Source: an uncultured Porphyromonadaceae bacterium (GTDB taxonomy: Bacteria; Bacteroidota; Bacteroidia; Bacteroidales; Muribaculaceae). Taken from it: a stretch of DNA of 64,000 nucleotides. The translations under genes and the position numbers were made by a program. The notes under the pieces were generated by a model. That model was not told where the DNA came from. It saw only the letters and a list, made by a program, of their open reading frames with translations, and did not search any database. Of the stretch, positions 10,634 through 21,435 are shown piece after piece. Each line of letters starts with the position of its first letter. Positions within the stretch are counted from its first letter, which is position 1. The stretch is taken from positions 5,550 through 69,549 of the forward strand of contig URLF01000001.1 of the NCBI GenBank assembly GCA_900548705.1, in the 5' to 3' direction.

Positions 10634-11131
10634 TTAGTTTTCAGTCATAAAATCAGATTCATAGCTGTCAATCATCGGAAAGGCCTCGTCAATCTCCGCC
10701 TGGATATCCTGTCTGACATCCACCGCGCAATCGCCGAATTCACGCATGTCTGAGGTGAGCTGACGCAACACGGCATCTTCATCCGTAACCTTTTTCCCGT
10801 TGATGTATGCTATGCAGGTCGAGTCAACCGCCAGACGAGGGGACAGGAAATGACTAAACCCTATTGTAGCCATCACGGCAATCGCGGCAGCCACACCGGC
10901 TGCGGGCCACCAGAGTTTACGCGTATCACGGCTTTTCACAGCTACCGCCGGTTTTTTGAATCCCATCAAGGCCCGGGCTTCATCAATGGCAGGATGATGA
11001 TAGCCGGTATGGGCAATCATATTCCTGAGCTGCAATTCCTCGCTATCGGAGAGCGAACAATCGAAATATCTGTCAATCAGCTCCAGCAGTCGGGGCAAAG
11101 TGGTGTTGCCGGTCTTCATAAGTTCAGACAT
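10634..11131 (-). CDS. anti-sigma factor (single-pass membrane)
   Basis: Sits immediately downstream of the ECF sigma and overlaps it. One TM segment (WWPAAGVAAAIAVMATIGF). Cytoplasmic N-terminal domain. Confidence 0.55.
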   Translation of the reverse strand: MSELMKTGNTTLPRLLELIDRYFDCSLSDSEELQLRNMIAHTGYHHPAIDEARALMGFKKPAVAVKSRDTRKLWWPAAGVAAAIAVMATIGFSHFLSPRLAVDSTCIAYINGKKVTDEDAVLRQLTSDMREFGDCAVDVRQDIQAEIDEAFPMIDSYESDFMTEN

Positions 11132-11627
11132 GATTTGTTTTACGGTAAAGTTCACGAATTGCCTTCCGGGCGCGGCTGAGTGTCATCCTGACATTCTCCT
11201 GACTCATCCCCAGGGTGGCGGCGATTTCGGGATAACCAATTCCTTCGATGTCATGGAGACGGAAAACCTGATACTGGGTATCATTCAGCACCTGTCGGCT
11301 GAGCCTGACTACTGCCTCATATGTCTCCTGTTGTTCCCTCTCCGCGTCTGAATCATCGATAGGGTCATTTTCCACACAGTCATCCATAGCGACATTGGGA
11401 TGGGCTCTTTTAGCCCGGAAGAAATCTATGGCATTGTTTCTGACAGCCGTGTAGCTCAGCTTCATCGCCTCAGATTCGTTCCTCACATCATGGTGTCTCG
11501 CCCATAGACGGCAAAATGCGTCGTGGAGTATATCCTCGGCATTGTCAGAACCGGCAATGCCGGCGGCAACGCCCCGTAGCGAAGCCCGGAAACGCATGAA
11601 TGTCGATGTGAGGATGTCGGATTTCAT
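11124..11627 (-). CDS. RNA polymerase ECF sigma-70 factor
   Basis: 167 aa. Sigma-70 region 2 (ILHDAFCRLWARHHD) and a region 4 HTH (YPEIAATLGMSQENVRMTLSRARKAIRE). Confidence 0.85.
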   Translation of the reverse strand: MKSDILTSTFMRFRASLRGVAAGIAGSDNAEDILHDAFCRLWARHHDVRNESEAMKLSYTAVRNNAIDFFRAKRAHPNVAMDDCVENDPIDDSDAEREQQETYEAVVRLSRQVLNDTQYQVFRLHDIEGIGYPEIAATLGMSQENVRMTLSRARKAIRELYRKTNHV

Positions 11628-11729
11628 TTCACCAATATAACGGGAGGACAGGCAATGTGTAACAGCCCAAGTATGTTTTTCTGTAAAAAATATCCCCCTC
11701 GACTTTATTAGCCTGGGGGATAAGCATTA

Positions 11730-12290
11730 TCAGACTTGTGTTATGGGGGTGCGGTCGTTCTGTCCTTGGCGCAGGTATTGTGACGGAGTCAGGCCGGTGA
11801 CCTCCTTGAACTGGCGTGACAGATGCGAGACGGAGGAGTAACCTGTAAGGTCTGCGATTTCACTGACGCTCATCTGGTTGTAGCTCATCAATTCCTTCAC
11901 AAGCTCAATCTTTTGGGCGATGAAATATTTTTCAATCGTCCGGCCCTCCTGGGCGGAGAAAATGCGGCTGGCTGTGTCATAGGTAATGTCCATATGCTTC
12001 TCAAGACAGGCTGAGAGATTTAGCGGACAATCGCGTTCGATACGGACATGACGTATGATGGTCTTCTTGATATTCTCGACAATCATTGCGTTGCGGTCTG
12101 AAATCCTTTCGAAACCATCCGCCTCAAGTTCGCTGTCAAGTGCGTCAAGGGAAATTTTCTTGAACTCATCATCCGGGATCCTCACAGACCCGAGCATCAC
12201 CTCGGCATTCTGAATTCCAAGTTTTTTCAAAATGGTTTCCACAGCCCTCATACAATGGCGGCACACCATATTCTTTATCATTATTTCCAT
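11730..12290 (-). CDS. AraC-family transcriptional regulator with N-terminal HMA metal-binding domain
   Basis: N-terminal MVCRHCM (MxCxxC) followed by a ferredoxin-like fold. C-terminal AraC HTH (SVSEIADLTGYSSVSHLSRQFKEVTGLTPSQY). Confidence 0.75.
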   Translation of the reverse strand: MEIMIKNMVCRHCMRAVETILKKLGIQNAEVMLGSVRIPDDEFKKISLDALDSELEADGFERISDRNAMIVENIKKTIIRHVRIERDCPLNLSACLEKHMDITYDTASRIFSAQEGRTIEKYFIAQKIELVKELMSYNQMSVSEIADLTGYSSVSHLSRQFKEVTGLTPSQYLRQGQNDRTPITQV

Positions 12291-12382
12291 AGTAACGGGA
12301 ATGTGAATGGGTAAAATTCAGGGACATCGCCGGGCGCCCGGCGATGTCCCTGAAAAAAGGTTGACGGAAAAATCCCGACAGA

Positions 12383-13594
12383 TTACATAGCTCTCACGCG
12401 CTCAAGATTGGCTTCGTCACCAACCTTGTAGTAAATCGAGCGGAGAAGAGTCAGGCAATCAGTAAGATTCTCGTTGATTTGGTAAGCCTTTTCAAGATAA
12501 CCTGCGGCCTCACGGTAGAGGGGGAAGGTACGTTCCTGACAGAACTTCTCATATTCGGCCTGCGAGACATTCGCGCCCTCGTTCTGGTCGATGGCATCAG
12601 CTTCCTGGCAAAGCTTGTAGGCATACTGGAAGAGAGCGTTGGCATTGTTGGCATCGAGGTCGATAGCTTTCTTGTAGAGAGCCTTGGCCTCGTCAGACTT
12701 GCTCTGCTGATCAAGTATGATACCCTTCAGGAAATAAACCTGGCCGTTGTTGGGATCCTTGGCGATGTATGGCTCAAGGAGTTCGGAAGCCTTGTCATAT
12801 TCCTTCTTGTCGAGGTAGTTGTTGATCATGGTGCCGAGGTAGCTGTTCTCGGGATATACCTCATAAGCAGCCTGCGCGATTTCAGCCGCCTTGGCGAGGT
12901 CCTTCATCTGGGTCGCGGAAGTGATGGCGTAGTCATAGGCTTCTTTCTTGTTATAACCCAGCTTGATAGCCTCCAGGAAGCTGTCAAGGGCAGGCGCGGG
13001 ATTGTTGGCCAGAGAGTAGGCGCAACCGGTGTAGAACTCATACATGCCGACGATGGTATCAGGCTGAGCCTTGAGGCCGGCTTTCGCGAAACGCTCATCC
13101 TTGGGGAGATTGATGAACAAAGTCCATGCCTCGGCAGCCTTGGCGTAATCGTGGGCATCATTGTAGAACCACTGGCCGGCATCTGCTGTCAGGGTATAGT
13201 TGTTGACAATCTGCTTGAGAATATCTTTGGAGTATTTGGTCTTGACCTTACCTTTGGCATCGGCCACAGAATCGAGAGGGAGAGCCTTCTGGAGGTACTC
13301 GAAACCGTCAAGCACGAACTGGGCAGCCTGGGGGGCATTGAGCTCGCCGGTAACGCGCTGCATCGCGGCTGCGTTGTTGACAAAATCCAGGGCGCCCTTT
13401 CCGGCCACATACCAGGTCTGGGCCTGATTGGCGGATTCCGGATTGGTGAATGCCGGTGTCAGGGTCTCGATAGCCTTCGGATACGAGGCCACATCTCCTT
13501 TGAGCTGATGCTCCACATCCTTGACGACCTGCATCTGGGCTGACATGGAACCCACTGCAAGACAGGCAAGACCTAAGATGCTTATTTTCTTCAT
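12383..13594 (-). CDS. TPR-repeat lipoprotein / secreted protein
   Basis: Signal peptide MKKISILGLACLAVGSMSAQ. Repeated A/Y/L-rich 34-residue-type helical repeats (AxxxYxxAIxLD). Confidence 0.65.
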   Translation of the reverse strand: MKKISILGLACLAVGSMSAQMQVVKDVEHQLKGDVASYPKAIETLTPAFTNPESANQAQTWYVAGKGALDFVNNAAAMQRVTGELNAPQAAQFVLDGFEYLQKALPLDSVADAKGKVKTKYSKDILKQIVNNYTLTADAGQWFYNDAHDYAKAAEAWTLFINLPKDERFAKAGLKAQPDTIVGMYEFYTGCAYSLANNPAPALDSFLEAIKLGYNKKEAYDYAITSATQMKDLAKAAEIAQAAYEVYPENSYLGTMINNYLDKKEYDKASELLEPYIAKDPNNGQVYFLKGIILDQQSKSDEAKALYKKAIDLDANNANALFQYAYKLCQEADAIDQNEGANVSQAEYEKFCQERTFPLYREAAGYLEKAYQINENLTDCLTLLRSIYYKVGDEANLERVRAM

Positions 13595-13627
13595 GACGAA
13601 AAAGTTTTATGATATGTATAAGGTAAT

Positions 13628-16219
13628 TTATTCTTCGTTGTCCTCGTCGTTAACAACATCGTCGGTGTCGTCAATGTTCTCATCCACCTCATCTTCATCG
13701 ATATCGTCGATAGAATTGTCTACCGGCTCATCAAGAATCTCCGGATTCTCGATGGCTTCCAGAGCCTCCTCCTCGGGATCTGTATCGACGCAGCAAACTG
13801 AGGCAATCTCGTCGCCACGTTTGTCGAGGTTGATGATGCGGACACCCTGTGTGGCGCGACCCATCACACGGATATCGGCAACACGGATACGGAGAGTGAT
13901 GCCCGAACGGTTGATAATCATCAGGTCGTTCTCGTCGGTCACGCTCTTGATGGCCACCAGTTTGCCGGTCTTTTCGGTGACATTCATCGTCTTGACACCC
14001 TTTCCGCCACGGTTTGTTATACGGTAGCCTTCGATGTCAGAACGTTTGCCATATCCGTTTTCTGAAACGACCATCACTGTATGGTTGTCATCGGGAGCCA
14101 TGCAGACCATTCCGATCACTTCATCATCGCCGCCATCGAGACGCATGCCACGGACACCGCCGGTGACACGTCCCATCTGACGGACGGTAGACTCGTTGAA
14201 GCGGATGGCACGTCCGTTGCGGTTGGCCATCAGTATCTCGCAGTTGCCGTCGGTCAGCTCCACTCCGATAAGCTTGTCCTCTTCGCGGAGGATAATGGCT
14301 TTCTTACCCTTGATGTTGATGCGGGCATACTCGGTAAGCGAAGTCTTTTTGATTTGTCCGAGACGGGTGGCGAACACAAGGTTGTGGGACGCGGTGAACT
14401 CGGTATCGTCGAGATTCTTGATTTTGATGAATGCGTTGACCGAATCTCCCGGCTCGATATTGAGCAGATTCTGAATGGCACGTCCCTTGGTATTCTTGGC
14501 TCCTTCGGGAAGCTCGTAGACCTTCATCTTGTAGACCATACCCTTCTGGGTGAAGAAGAGCAGATTGTTGTGCATCGACGCAGGGTAGATGTACTCGATG
14601 AAATCCTCTTCTCGGGTGTTTGAGCCGCGTGAACCCACGCCGCCTCTGTTCTGGGCGCGGAATTCCGAGAGGGGAGTACGCTTGATATAGCCGAGGTGGG
14701 AGATGGTGATAATCATCTCGTCATCGGCATAGAAATCTTCCGCGTTGAAATCGCCGGCGGCATATTCGATTTTAGTGCGGCGTTCGTTGCCGAAGCGGTC
14801 ACGGATTTCAAGCAGCTCATCCTTGATGACATTGCGGCATACGGAGTCGTCGCTGAGGATAAGCTCAAGGCGAGCGATGAGCTGCTTCAATTCTTCGTAC
14901 TGGGCGTGGAGCTTGTCCTGCTCCAGGCCGGTAAGCTGACGAAGACGCATGTCGACGATTGCCTGGGTCTGGGGGTCGGTCAGTCCGAACCGTTCGGTAA
15001 GGGTCTGACGGGCCGCATCGGGGGATTCGGCATGACGGATTATACGGATAACCTCGTCTATGTTGTCACACGCGATGATGAGTCCTTCGAGGATATGAGC
15101 ACGTTCCTGCGCCTTCCGAAGCTCGAACTGAGTGCGGCGAATCACCACATCGTGACGATGGTCGACAAACGCGCCGACAATCTCTTTGAGGTTGAGCAGA
15201 CGGGGACGACCGTTAACCAAAGCCACATTGTTGACCGAGAAGGTGGACTGCATCGGTGTCATCTTGTAGAGCTTGTTCAGGACAACATTTGCGTTGGCGT
15301 CCTGACGGAGCTTGATGACGATACGCATCCCCTTGTAATCGCTCTCGTCATTGAGGTCGGCGATTCCTTCGAGTTTCTTCTCAGTTACAAGTTCGGCTAT
15401 ATATTTAATGAGTTCGGCCTTGTTGACACCATAGGGAATTTCGTGGACGACAATCACCTCGTGATCCTTCTCCTGCTCGATGTCAGCGTTGGCACGGATG
15501 ACGATACGACCGCGACCGGTCTCATAAGCCTCTTTCACGCCATTCGTTCCGAAAATCGTTCCACCGGTAGGGAAATCCGGAGCCGGAATCACCTTCATGA
15601 GGTCGGCAATCGAGATTTCTGGATTATCGATGTAGGCGACGCAGGCGTTGATTGACTCGGAGAGATTGTGGGTCGGCATATTGGTGGCCATACCTACGGC
15701 GATACCCGACGCTCCGTTGACCAGGAGGTTGGGGATACGGGTGGGGAGCACCACCGGTTCCTTTCGGGCATTGTCATATGTCGGCTGGAAATCGACGGTC
15801 TCGCTGTCAATGTCGCGGAGCATCTCCTCTCCGATTTTCTGGAGACGTACCTCGGTATAACGCATGGCCGCAGGGCCGTCGCCGTCAATCGAGCCAAAGT
15901 TGCCATGGCCGTCAACGAGGCATTCGCGCATCGCCCACCACTGGGCCATACGGACGATTGTGCCATAAATTGAGGAGTCGCCGTGGGGATGATATTTACC
16001 CATTACCTCTCCGACAGCGTTGGCGGCCTTCTTGTGGGCCTTATCTGAAGTGTTGCCCATAACGTTCATACCGTAAAGCACACGGCGGTGTACAGGCTTG
16101 AGTCCGTCACGGACGTCGGGAAGGGCACGCGAAACGATGACCGACATCGAATAATCGATGTAGGCCGACTTCATTTCGTTTTCGATGTTAATCTTGATAA
16201 TGCGGTCTTCGTCGAGCAT
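13628..16219 (-). CDS. gyrA: DNA gyrase subunit A
   Basis: Active-site region with DGLKPVHRR, the QRDR and catalytic Tyr context. GyrA C-terminal beta-pinwheel repeats. Acidic C-terminal tail. The likely start is MLDEDRIIK, not the longer ORF. Confidence 0.95.
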   Translation of the reverse strand: MLDEDRIIKINIENEMKSAYIDYSMSVIVSRALPDVRDGLKPVHRRVLYGMNVMGNTSDKAHKKAANAVGEVMGKYHPHGDSSIYGTIVRMAQWWAMRECLVDGHGNFGSIDGDGPAAMRYTEVRLQKIGEEMLRDIDSETVDFQPTYDNARKEPVVLPTRIPNLLVNGASGIAVGMATNMPTHNLSESINACVAYIDNPEISIADLMKVIPAPDFPTGGTIFGTNGVKEAYETGRGRIVIRANADIEQEKDHEVIVVHEIPYGVNKAELIKYIAELVTEKKLEGIADLNDESDYKGMRIVIKLRQDANANVVLNKLYKMTPMQSTFSVNNVALVNGRPRLLNLKEIVGAFVDHRHDVVIRRTQFELRKAQERAHILEGLIIACDNIDEVIRIIRHAESPDAARQTLTERFGLTDPQTQAIVDMRLRQLTGLEQDKLHAQYEELKQLIARLELILSDDSVCRNVIKDELLEIRDRFGNERRTKIEYAAGDFNAEDFYADDEMIITISHLGYIKRTPLSEFRAQNRGGVGSRGSNTREEDFIEYIYPASMHNNLLFFTQKGMVYKMKVYELPEGAKNTKGRAIQNLLNIEPGDSVNAFIKIKNLDDTEFTASHNLVFATRLGQIKKTSLTEYARINIKGKKAIILREEDKLIGVELTDGNCEILMANRNGRAIRFNESTVRQMGRVTGGVRGMRLDGGDDEVIGMVCMAPDDNHTVMVVSENGYGKRSDIEGYRITNRGGKGVKTMNVTEKTGKLVAIKSVTDENDLMIINRSGITLRIRVADIRVMGRATQGVRIINLDKRGDEIASVCCVDTDPEEEALEAIENPEILDEPVDNSIDDIDEDEVDENIDDTDDVVNDEDNEE

Positions 16220-16508
16220 AATAATGTTAAAGCTGTATGAATTAGCGCTTTGTCCCGTCACGCGGGAGAAGGGAGAGATTCCGGGGGATGCGCCGCTCCG
16301 CCGAAATAACTTACAAAGATAGTCATTTTTCGCGAAAGAATTGTTATATTTGCATCAGAAATCATTTCCGATAAGTACGACACGTTTCATTTAAGGATTT
16401 TTAAGCCCGCGGGCGACCAAGTGGAATACAATTTGGCACACTCTTTGCCGTTAAGAAGTAACATATCCACGAAACAAAGAATCCATTTTCAATTAAGAAA
16501 GGAGATAA

Positions 16509-19121
16509 ATGGACATCAACTTCACCGAACAACTGAAAAACATCCTGGAACTCAGCCGTCAGGAGGCTGTGCGCCACAATAACGACATAATCAACCCGGA
16601 ACATATGTTTCTGGCGATACTCGGCGACACCGGCTCCAAGGTGTTTTCCCTTCTGGAGAAAATATCCCGGAATGTCTCCGTCTACCAGCTACGCCAACAG
16701 CTCGACGACTCACTCTTCGACACCTCGTCAGGCCGTATCGGTGGGGATGTGACCGCCAGCGACCTCTGCAACAGGCTCATAAAGCTGTCTGTGCTTGAGG
16801 CCCGTATGCTCAAAAGCGAATCTGTCGATTCCATCCATCTGCTGCTTGCCATATTGCATAATCCCGAAGTACAGAGGATGAACTTCATCGTCCCCTTCCG
16901 TCAGGCCGGGATTGACTATCCTTCACTGCTCGCATTGCTCCAGAACAAGGCTGACGCACCGCGTGGGGGAGCAGCATTCCCCGACGACGATGATGACGAG
17001 GAGGAGGAACACAACTCGGAGCCGACACCCAGGCAGCGTCCGGCTGAAGACCGAAGCGCACGTCAGGCCGCCAAAGCACGCGGGAACAATGACACTCCCA
17101 CACTTGACAAATTCGGCAACGACATGACCCGTGCCGCCGAGGATGGGAGACTTGACCCCGTGGTAGGCCGCGAGGTTGAAATCGAGCGTCTCGCCCAGAT
17201 TCTCAGCCGCCGAAAGAAGAACAATCCGGTTCTTATCGGAGAGCCTGGAGTCGGCAAGTCGGCCATTGTGGAGGGTCTGGCGCTCCGTATCGTGCAGCGC
17301 AAGGTTTCACGCATCCTCTTCGACAAGAGGGTAGTGTCGCTTGATATGGCCTCGCTTGTGGCCGGCACAAAATACCGTGGCCAGTTTGAGGAACGCGTCA
17401 AGGCGATTCTCAACGAGCTTTCGAAGAATCCCAATGTGATACTCTTCATCGACGAGCTCCACACAATCGTCGGAGCGGGTAACTCAGCCGGACAGATGGA
17501 TGCGGCCAACCTGCTCAAACCGGCTCTCGCACGCGGTGAAATCCAATGCATCGGAGCCACGACCCTTGACGAGTACCGCAAGAACATCGAGAAGGATGGC
17601 GCACTGGAGCGTCGTTTCCAGAAAGTGATGGTCGAGCCAACCACTCCCGAAGAGACCCTCCAGATTCTCAACAATATCAAGGACAAATATGAGGCTCACC
17701 ATAATGTGAACTTCACCGATGACGCGCTAAAGGCTTGTGTAAGCCTGACGGAGCGTTATATTTCCGACCGCAATTTCCCCGACAAGGCCATTGACGCGCT
17801 TGACGAGGCCGGTTCACGCGCCCACATAACCAATATCGTGGTTCCGCAGGAAATCGAGCAGCTCGAAAAGGAAATCGTCGAAGCCGGGGCATCGAAACTC
17901 GCTGCCGCGCAGTCACAGAATTTCGAGAAAGCAGCATCTTTCCGTGACAAGGAACAGACCCTCAAACAGCAACTCGCAGAAGCCAACGAGCGTTGGGAGA
18001 AACAGCTTGAGGCGGACAAGGTGACAGTCGACGAGGAGAAAGTGGCAGAGGTGGTAGCCATGATGACCGGCGTGCCGGTTCAGCGCATAGCCCAGGCCGA
18101 AGGTTCGCGCCTGCGGGAGATGGCCCCCAAACTCAAAGGGGACATCATCGGCCAGGATGGCGCGATTGACAAGATTGTGAAAGCCATCCAGCGTAACAGG
18201 GTAGGGCTCAAAGACCCCAACAAGCCGATAGGAACCTTTATGTTCCTCGGGCCGACCGGTGTCGGCAAGACCCACCTCGCTAAAAAACTGGCTGAATACC
18301 TGTTTGACAGCGCAGACACCCTTATCCGTGTCGACATGAGCGAATATATGGAGAAATTCACGGTCAGCCGCCTTGTCGGCGAGCCTCCGGGATATGTCGG
18401 CTACGAGGAGGGAGGCCAGCTGACCGAGAAGGTGAGACGCAAGCCTTACTCTGTGGTGCTTCTGGATGAAATCGAGAAGGCTCACCCCGATGTGTTCAAC
18501 CTCCTCCTGCAGGTATTGGATGAAGGCCGTCTGACCGACAGCCTCGGTCGTCATATCGACTTCAAGAACACCTTGATAATAATGACCTCCAATATCGGCA
18601 CCCGCCAGCTCAAGGATTTCGGAGCGGGGGTAGGTTTCGCCACCCGCGACGCGGTCAAGGAGAAGGAGCACAACGAATCCGTGATACAGAAAGCCCTCAA
18701 CAAGGCGTTCGCGCCCGAGTTCCTCAACCGTATCGATGACATCGTAATGTTTGACTCCCTTGACAAAGAAGCCATCTTCAAGATCATCGACATAGAGCTT
18801 CGTGGATTCCGCAACCGCCTTGAGATAATGGGCTACACCCTCGACATCTCCCCCGAAGCCAAGGAATTCATCGCCACCAAGGGCTATGACCAGCAATATG
18901 GCGCGCGTCCGCTGAAACGCTCTATCCAGAAATACCTTGAAGACCCGTTGGCCGAACTTATAATCAACTCCGAGCTTAAGCCCGGCGACACCATCAAAGT
19001 CGATTATGACAAGGAGACTGACAAAGTGCTGACCACAGTGGCAAAAGCGTTGCCCGCAGAAACCACTGCCACAGAGGCCTCCACGACGGCTCCGGCTGAA
19101 GAGGAGACTCCCCGCGACTGA
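16509..19121 (+). CDS. clpC: ATP-dependent Clp protease ATP-binding subunit ClpC (two-ring AAA+)
   Basis: Clp_N repeats. Two Walker A motifs ([16 protein letters not shown]). UVR-like linker ([28 protein letters not shown]). No ClpB-length middle domain. Acidic insert ([10 protein letters not shown]) after the N-domain. Confidence 0.88.
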   Translation: MDINFTEQLKNILELSRQEAVRHNNDIINPEHMFLAILGDTGSKVFSLLEKISRNVSVYQLRQQLDDSLFDTSSGRIGGDVTASDLCNRLIKLSVLEARMLKSESVDSIHLLLAILHNPEVQRMNFIVPFRQAGIDYPSLLALLQNKADAPRGGAAFPDDDDDEEEEHNSEPTPRQRPAEDRSARQAAKARGNNDTPTLDKFGNDMTRAAEDGRLDPVVGREVEIERLAQILSRRKKNNPVLIGEPGVGKSAIVEGLALRIVQRKVSRILFDKRVVSLDMASLVAGTKYRGQFEERVKAILNELSKNPNVILFIDELHTIVGAGNSAGQMDAANLLKPALARGEIQCIGATTLDEYRKNIEKDGALERRFQKVMVEPTTPEETLQILNNIKDKYEAHHNVNFTDDALKACVSLTERYISDRNFPDKAIDALDEAGSRAHITNIVVPQEIEQLEKEIVEAGASKLAAAQSQNFEKAASFRDKEQTLKQQLAEANERWEKQLEADKVTVDEEKVAEVVAMMTGVPVQRIAQAEGSRLREMAPKLKGDIIGQDGAIDKIVKAIQRNRVGLKDPNKPIGTFMFLGPTGVGKTHLAKKLAEYLFDSADTLIRVDMSEYMEKFTVSRLVGEPPGYVGYEEGGQLTEKVRRKPYSVVLLDEIEKAHPDVFNLLLQVLDEGRLTDSLGRHIDFKNTLIIMTSNIGTRQLKDFGAGVGFATRDAVKEKEHNESVIQKALNKAFAPEFLNRIDDIVMFDSLDKEAIFKIIDIELRGFRNRLEIMGYTLDISPEAKEFIATKGYDQQYGARPLKRSIQKYLEDPLAELIINSELKPGDTIKVDYDKETDKVLTTVAKALPAETTATEASTTAPAEEETPRD

Positions 19122-19155
19122 CAGATCCACTGACACCGATTAACAATTATTATAG

Positions 19156-19189
19156 AAAAATGCCAATCTTCGCGATTGGCATTTTTTTT
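19156..19189 (+). terminator. rho-independent terminator of clpC
   Basis: AAAAATGCCAATC-TTCGC-GATTGGCATTTTTTTT: a 13-bp stem plus a T8 tract. Confidence 0.8.
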
Positions 19190-19259
19190 GCAGTTTGTTA
19201 TTATGGAGGGGAGAAACCACTCCGCCCTTAATGACAAAACTAAAAACTCGACATACAAA

Positions 19260-21308
19260 ATGGCAACAACAAAAGGCACTATCGGCGTAACAACCGAGAA
19301 TATCTTTCCCGTCATCAAGAAATTCCTTTACAGCGACCACGAAATATTCCTGAGAGAATTGGTCTCAAACGCAGTGGACGCCACCCAGAAAATCCGCACA
19401 CTTTCTTCGTTCGGAGAATTCAAGGGTGAACTTGGCGAACTGAAAGTCAAAGTGACAGTTGACAAAGAGGCTGGAACACTTACAGTATCAGACCACGGTA
19501 TCGGAATGACCGCCGAAGATATCGACAAATACATCAACCAGATTGCCTTCTCAGGCGCAGAAGACTTCCTGGCGAAATACAAGGACAACACCAACGCCAT
19601 CATCGGACATTTCGGACTCGGATTTTATTCGGCATTCATGGTGGCCAACAAGGTTGAGATTGTCTCCCTCTCATACAAGGATGGAGCTGAGGCTGTCCGC
19701 TGGGAATGCGACGGCTCTCCTGAGTTCACGATGGAAGCCGCCGACAAAAAGGAACGCGGCACAGACATCATCCTCCATATCGACCCTGAAAACGCCGAAT
19801 TCCTTGAGCAGGCCCGCATCGATACCCTCCTGAAAAAGTATTGCCGTTTCCTTCCCGTCCCCGTCATCTCCGGCAAGGAGCAGGAATGGAAGGATGGCAA
19901 GATGGTTGATACCGACCGTGACAAAGTGGTCAACTCCACCGAGCCTCTGTGGATGAAGAAACCGGTGGATCTCACCGACAAGGATTACATCGACTTCTAC
20001 CACGACCTGTATCCCGGCCAGGATGACCCGTTGTTCTGGATTCACCTCAATGTGGATTACCCCTTCAACCTGACCGGTGTACTCTTCTTCCCCAAAATCC
20101 ACAATAATTTCGAGGTCACAAAGAACCGTATCCAGCTCTACTGCAACCAGGTATTTGTCACCGATTCCGTGGAGGGAGTGGTGCCTGAGTTCATGATGCT
20201 TCTCCAGGGAGTGATAGATTCCCCCGACATCCCCCTGAATGTCTCCCGCAGCTACCTCCAGAGCGATTCAGCCGTCAAGAAAATCTCCGGCTACATCACC
20301 AAGAAGGTGGCATCACGCCTTGAAGACCTCTTCAAGACAGACCGTAAGGACTTCGAGGGAAAATGGGATGACATCCGCCTCTTCATCGAGTACGGTATGC
20401 TTACCGACGACAAGTTCCGCGACGCGGCAATGAAATTCTGCCTGCTCAAGGACACCGACGGCAAGTACTACACCATCGATGAATACAAGACCCTCATCGA
20501 GGCATCGCAGACTGACAAGGATGGCACACTGGTATTCCTCTACGCCACAAATCCCACCGAACAATACACTTACATCCAGGCTGCCAATGAAAAGGGCTAT
20601 TCGGTTCTGCTGATGGACGGCCAGCTTGACAGTCACTTTGTAGGGCTGCTTGAACAGAAAATCGAGAAGAGCCGTTTCGTCAGGGTTGACTCCGACGTGG
20701 TTGAAAACCTTATCCCCAAGGCTGACAAGAAGAGCGCCGACCTCTCGGCAGAACAGCGCGATATGCTGACCACCCTGTTCAACTCCCAGTTGCCGAAGGT
20801 AGAGAAGGCCCAGTTCTTCGTGACGTTCGAGGCATTGGGAGAAAACGGTGCGCCCATCGTCATCACCCAGAACGAATATATGCGTCGAATGAAGGAGATG
20901 GCCGCCATGCAGCCCGGTATGAACTTCTACGGAGAGATGCCCGACAGCTACAACCTGACCGTCAATGTGGACCAGCCTGTGGTAACCAAAATCACTGCTG
21001 CCGCAAAAGATGCACTGGAAAGCAAGCTGACTCCCCTCGCTACCGCTATCAACGAGTCAAATTCGAAGATAGAGGCGGTGAACAAGGAGGTCAAGGACAA
21101 CAAACCCACCGCTGAACAGGAGAAGCAGATTCAGGAACTGATGAGCGTAGTGGAGAAAGACCGCAAGGAACAATCAGAACTGATTTCTGGCTATGCGGCT
21201 ACCCAACCTGTTATCCGTCAGCTTGTAGACCTCGCGCTGCTTGGCAACGGTCTGTTGAAAGGTGCTGACCTGTCGGCATTCATCAGCCGTTCGGTCAAAC
21301 TCCTATAA
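19260..21308 (+). CDS. htpG: molecular chaperone HtpG (Hsp90)
   Basis: GHKL ATPase motifs (ELVSNAVDA, SDHGIGMT, GHFGLGFYSAFMVA) plus middle and C-terminal domains. Likely start MATTKGTIGV at 19260; the track's 19176 start is a TTG inside the terminator. Confidence 0.93.
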   Translation: MATTKGTIGVTTENIFPVIKKFLYSDHEIFLRELVSNAVDATQKIRTLSSFGEFKGELGELKVKVTVDKEAGTLTVSDHGIGMTAEDIDKYINQIAFSGAEDFLAKYKDNTNAIIGHFGLGFYSAFMVANKVEIVSLSYKDGAEAVRWECDGSPEFTMEAADKKERGTDIILHIDPENAEFLEQARIDTLLKKYCRFLPVPVISGKEQEWKDGKMVDTDRDKVVNSTEPLWMKKPVDLTDKDYIDFYHDLYPGQDDPLFWIHLNVDYPFNLTGVLFFPKIHNNFEVTKNRIQLYCNQVFVTDSVEGVVPEFMMLLQGVIDSPDIPLNVSRSYLQSDSAVKKISGYITKKVASRLEDLFKTDRKDFEGKWDDIRLFIEYGMLTDDKFRDAAMKFCLLKDTDGKYYTIDEYKTLIEASQTDKDGTLVFLYATNPTEQYTYIQAANEKGYSVLLMDGQLDSHFVGLLEQKIEKSRFVRVDSDVVENLIPKADKKSADLSAEQRDMLTTLFNSQLPKVEKAQFFVTFEALGENGAPIVITQNEYMRRMKEMAAMQPGMNFYGEMPDSYNLTVNVDQPVVTKITAAAKDALESKLTPLATAINESNSKIEAVNKEVKDNKPTAEQEKQIQELMSVVEKDRKEQSELISGYAATQPVIRQLVDLALLGNGLLKGADLSAFISRSVKLL

Positions 21309-21341
21309 TAATTTGTTTTATAGACCTTTCTGCTACAAATA

Positions 21342-21374
21342 CCTCCCTTTCCGCGACACACGCCGGAAGGGAGG
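21342..21374 (+). terminator. rho-independent terminator of htpG
   Basis: CCTCCCTTTCCG-(9 nt)-CCGGAAGGGAGG, a 12-bp GC-rich stem followed by TGTTTGTATATTTTT. Confidence 0.75.
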
Positions 21375-21435
21375 TGTTTGTATATTTTTCGCGAAATTAG
21401 TAACTTTGCCGCGAATTTGTCAACTTATCCATCGC

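Noticed and set aside
12479-13543. 354-aa plus-strand ORF
   Set aside because: Entirely antisense to the TPR lipoprotein gene. Its composition is low-complexity (G/L/V/I-rich) with no motifs. Typical shadow ORF.
14696-15655. 319-aa plus-strand ORF (and 14081-14623)
   Set aside because: Antisense to gyrA, which is strongly supported. Shadow ORFs.
17913-19136. 407-aa minus-strand ORF (and the 207-aa ORF at 17063-17686)
   Set aside because: Antisense to clpC, whose protein has unambiguous AAA+ motifs. No motifs in the antisense product. Shadow ORFs.
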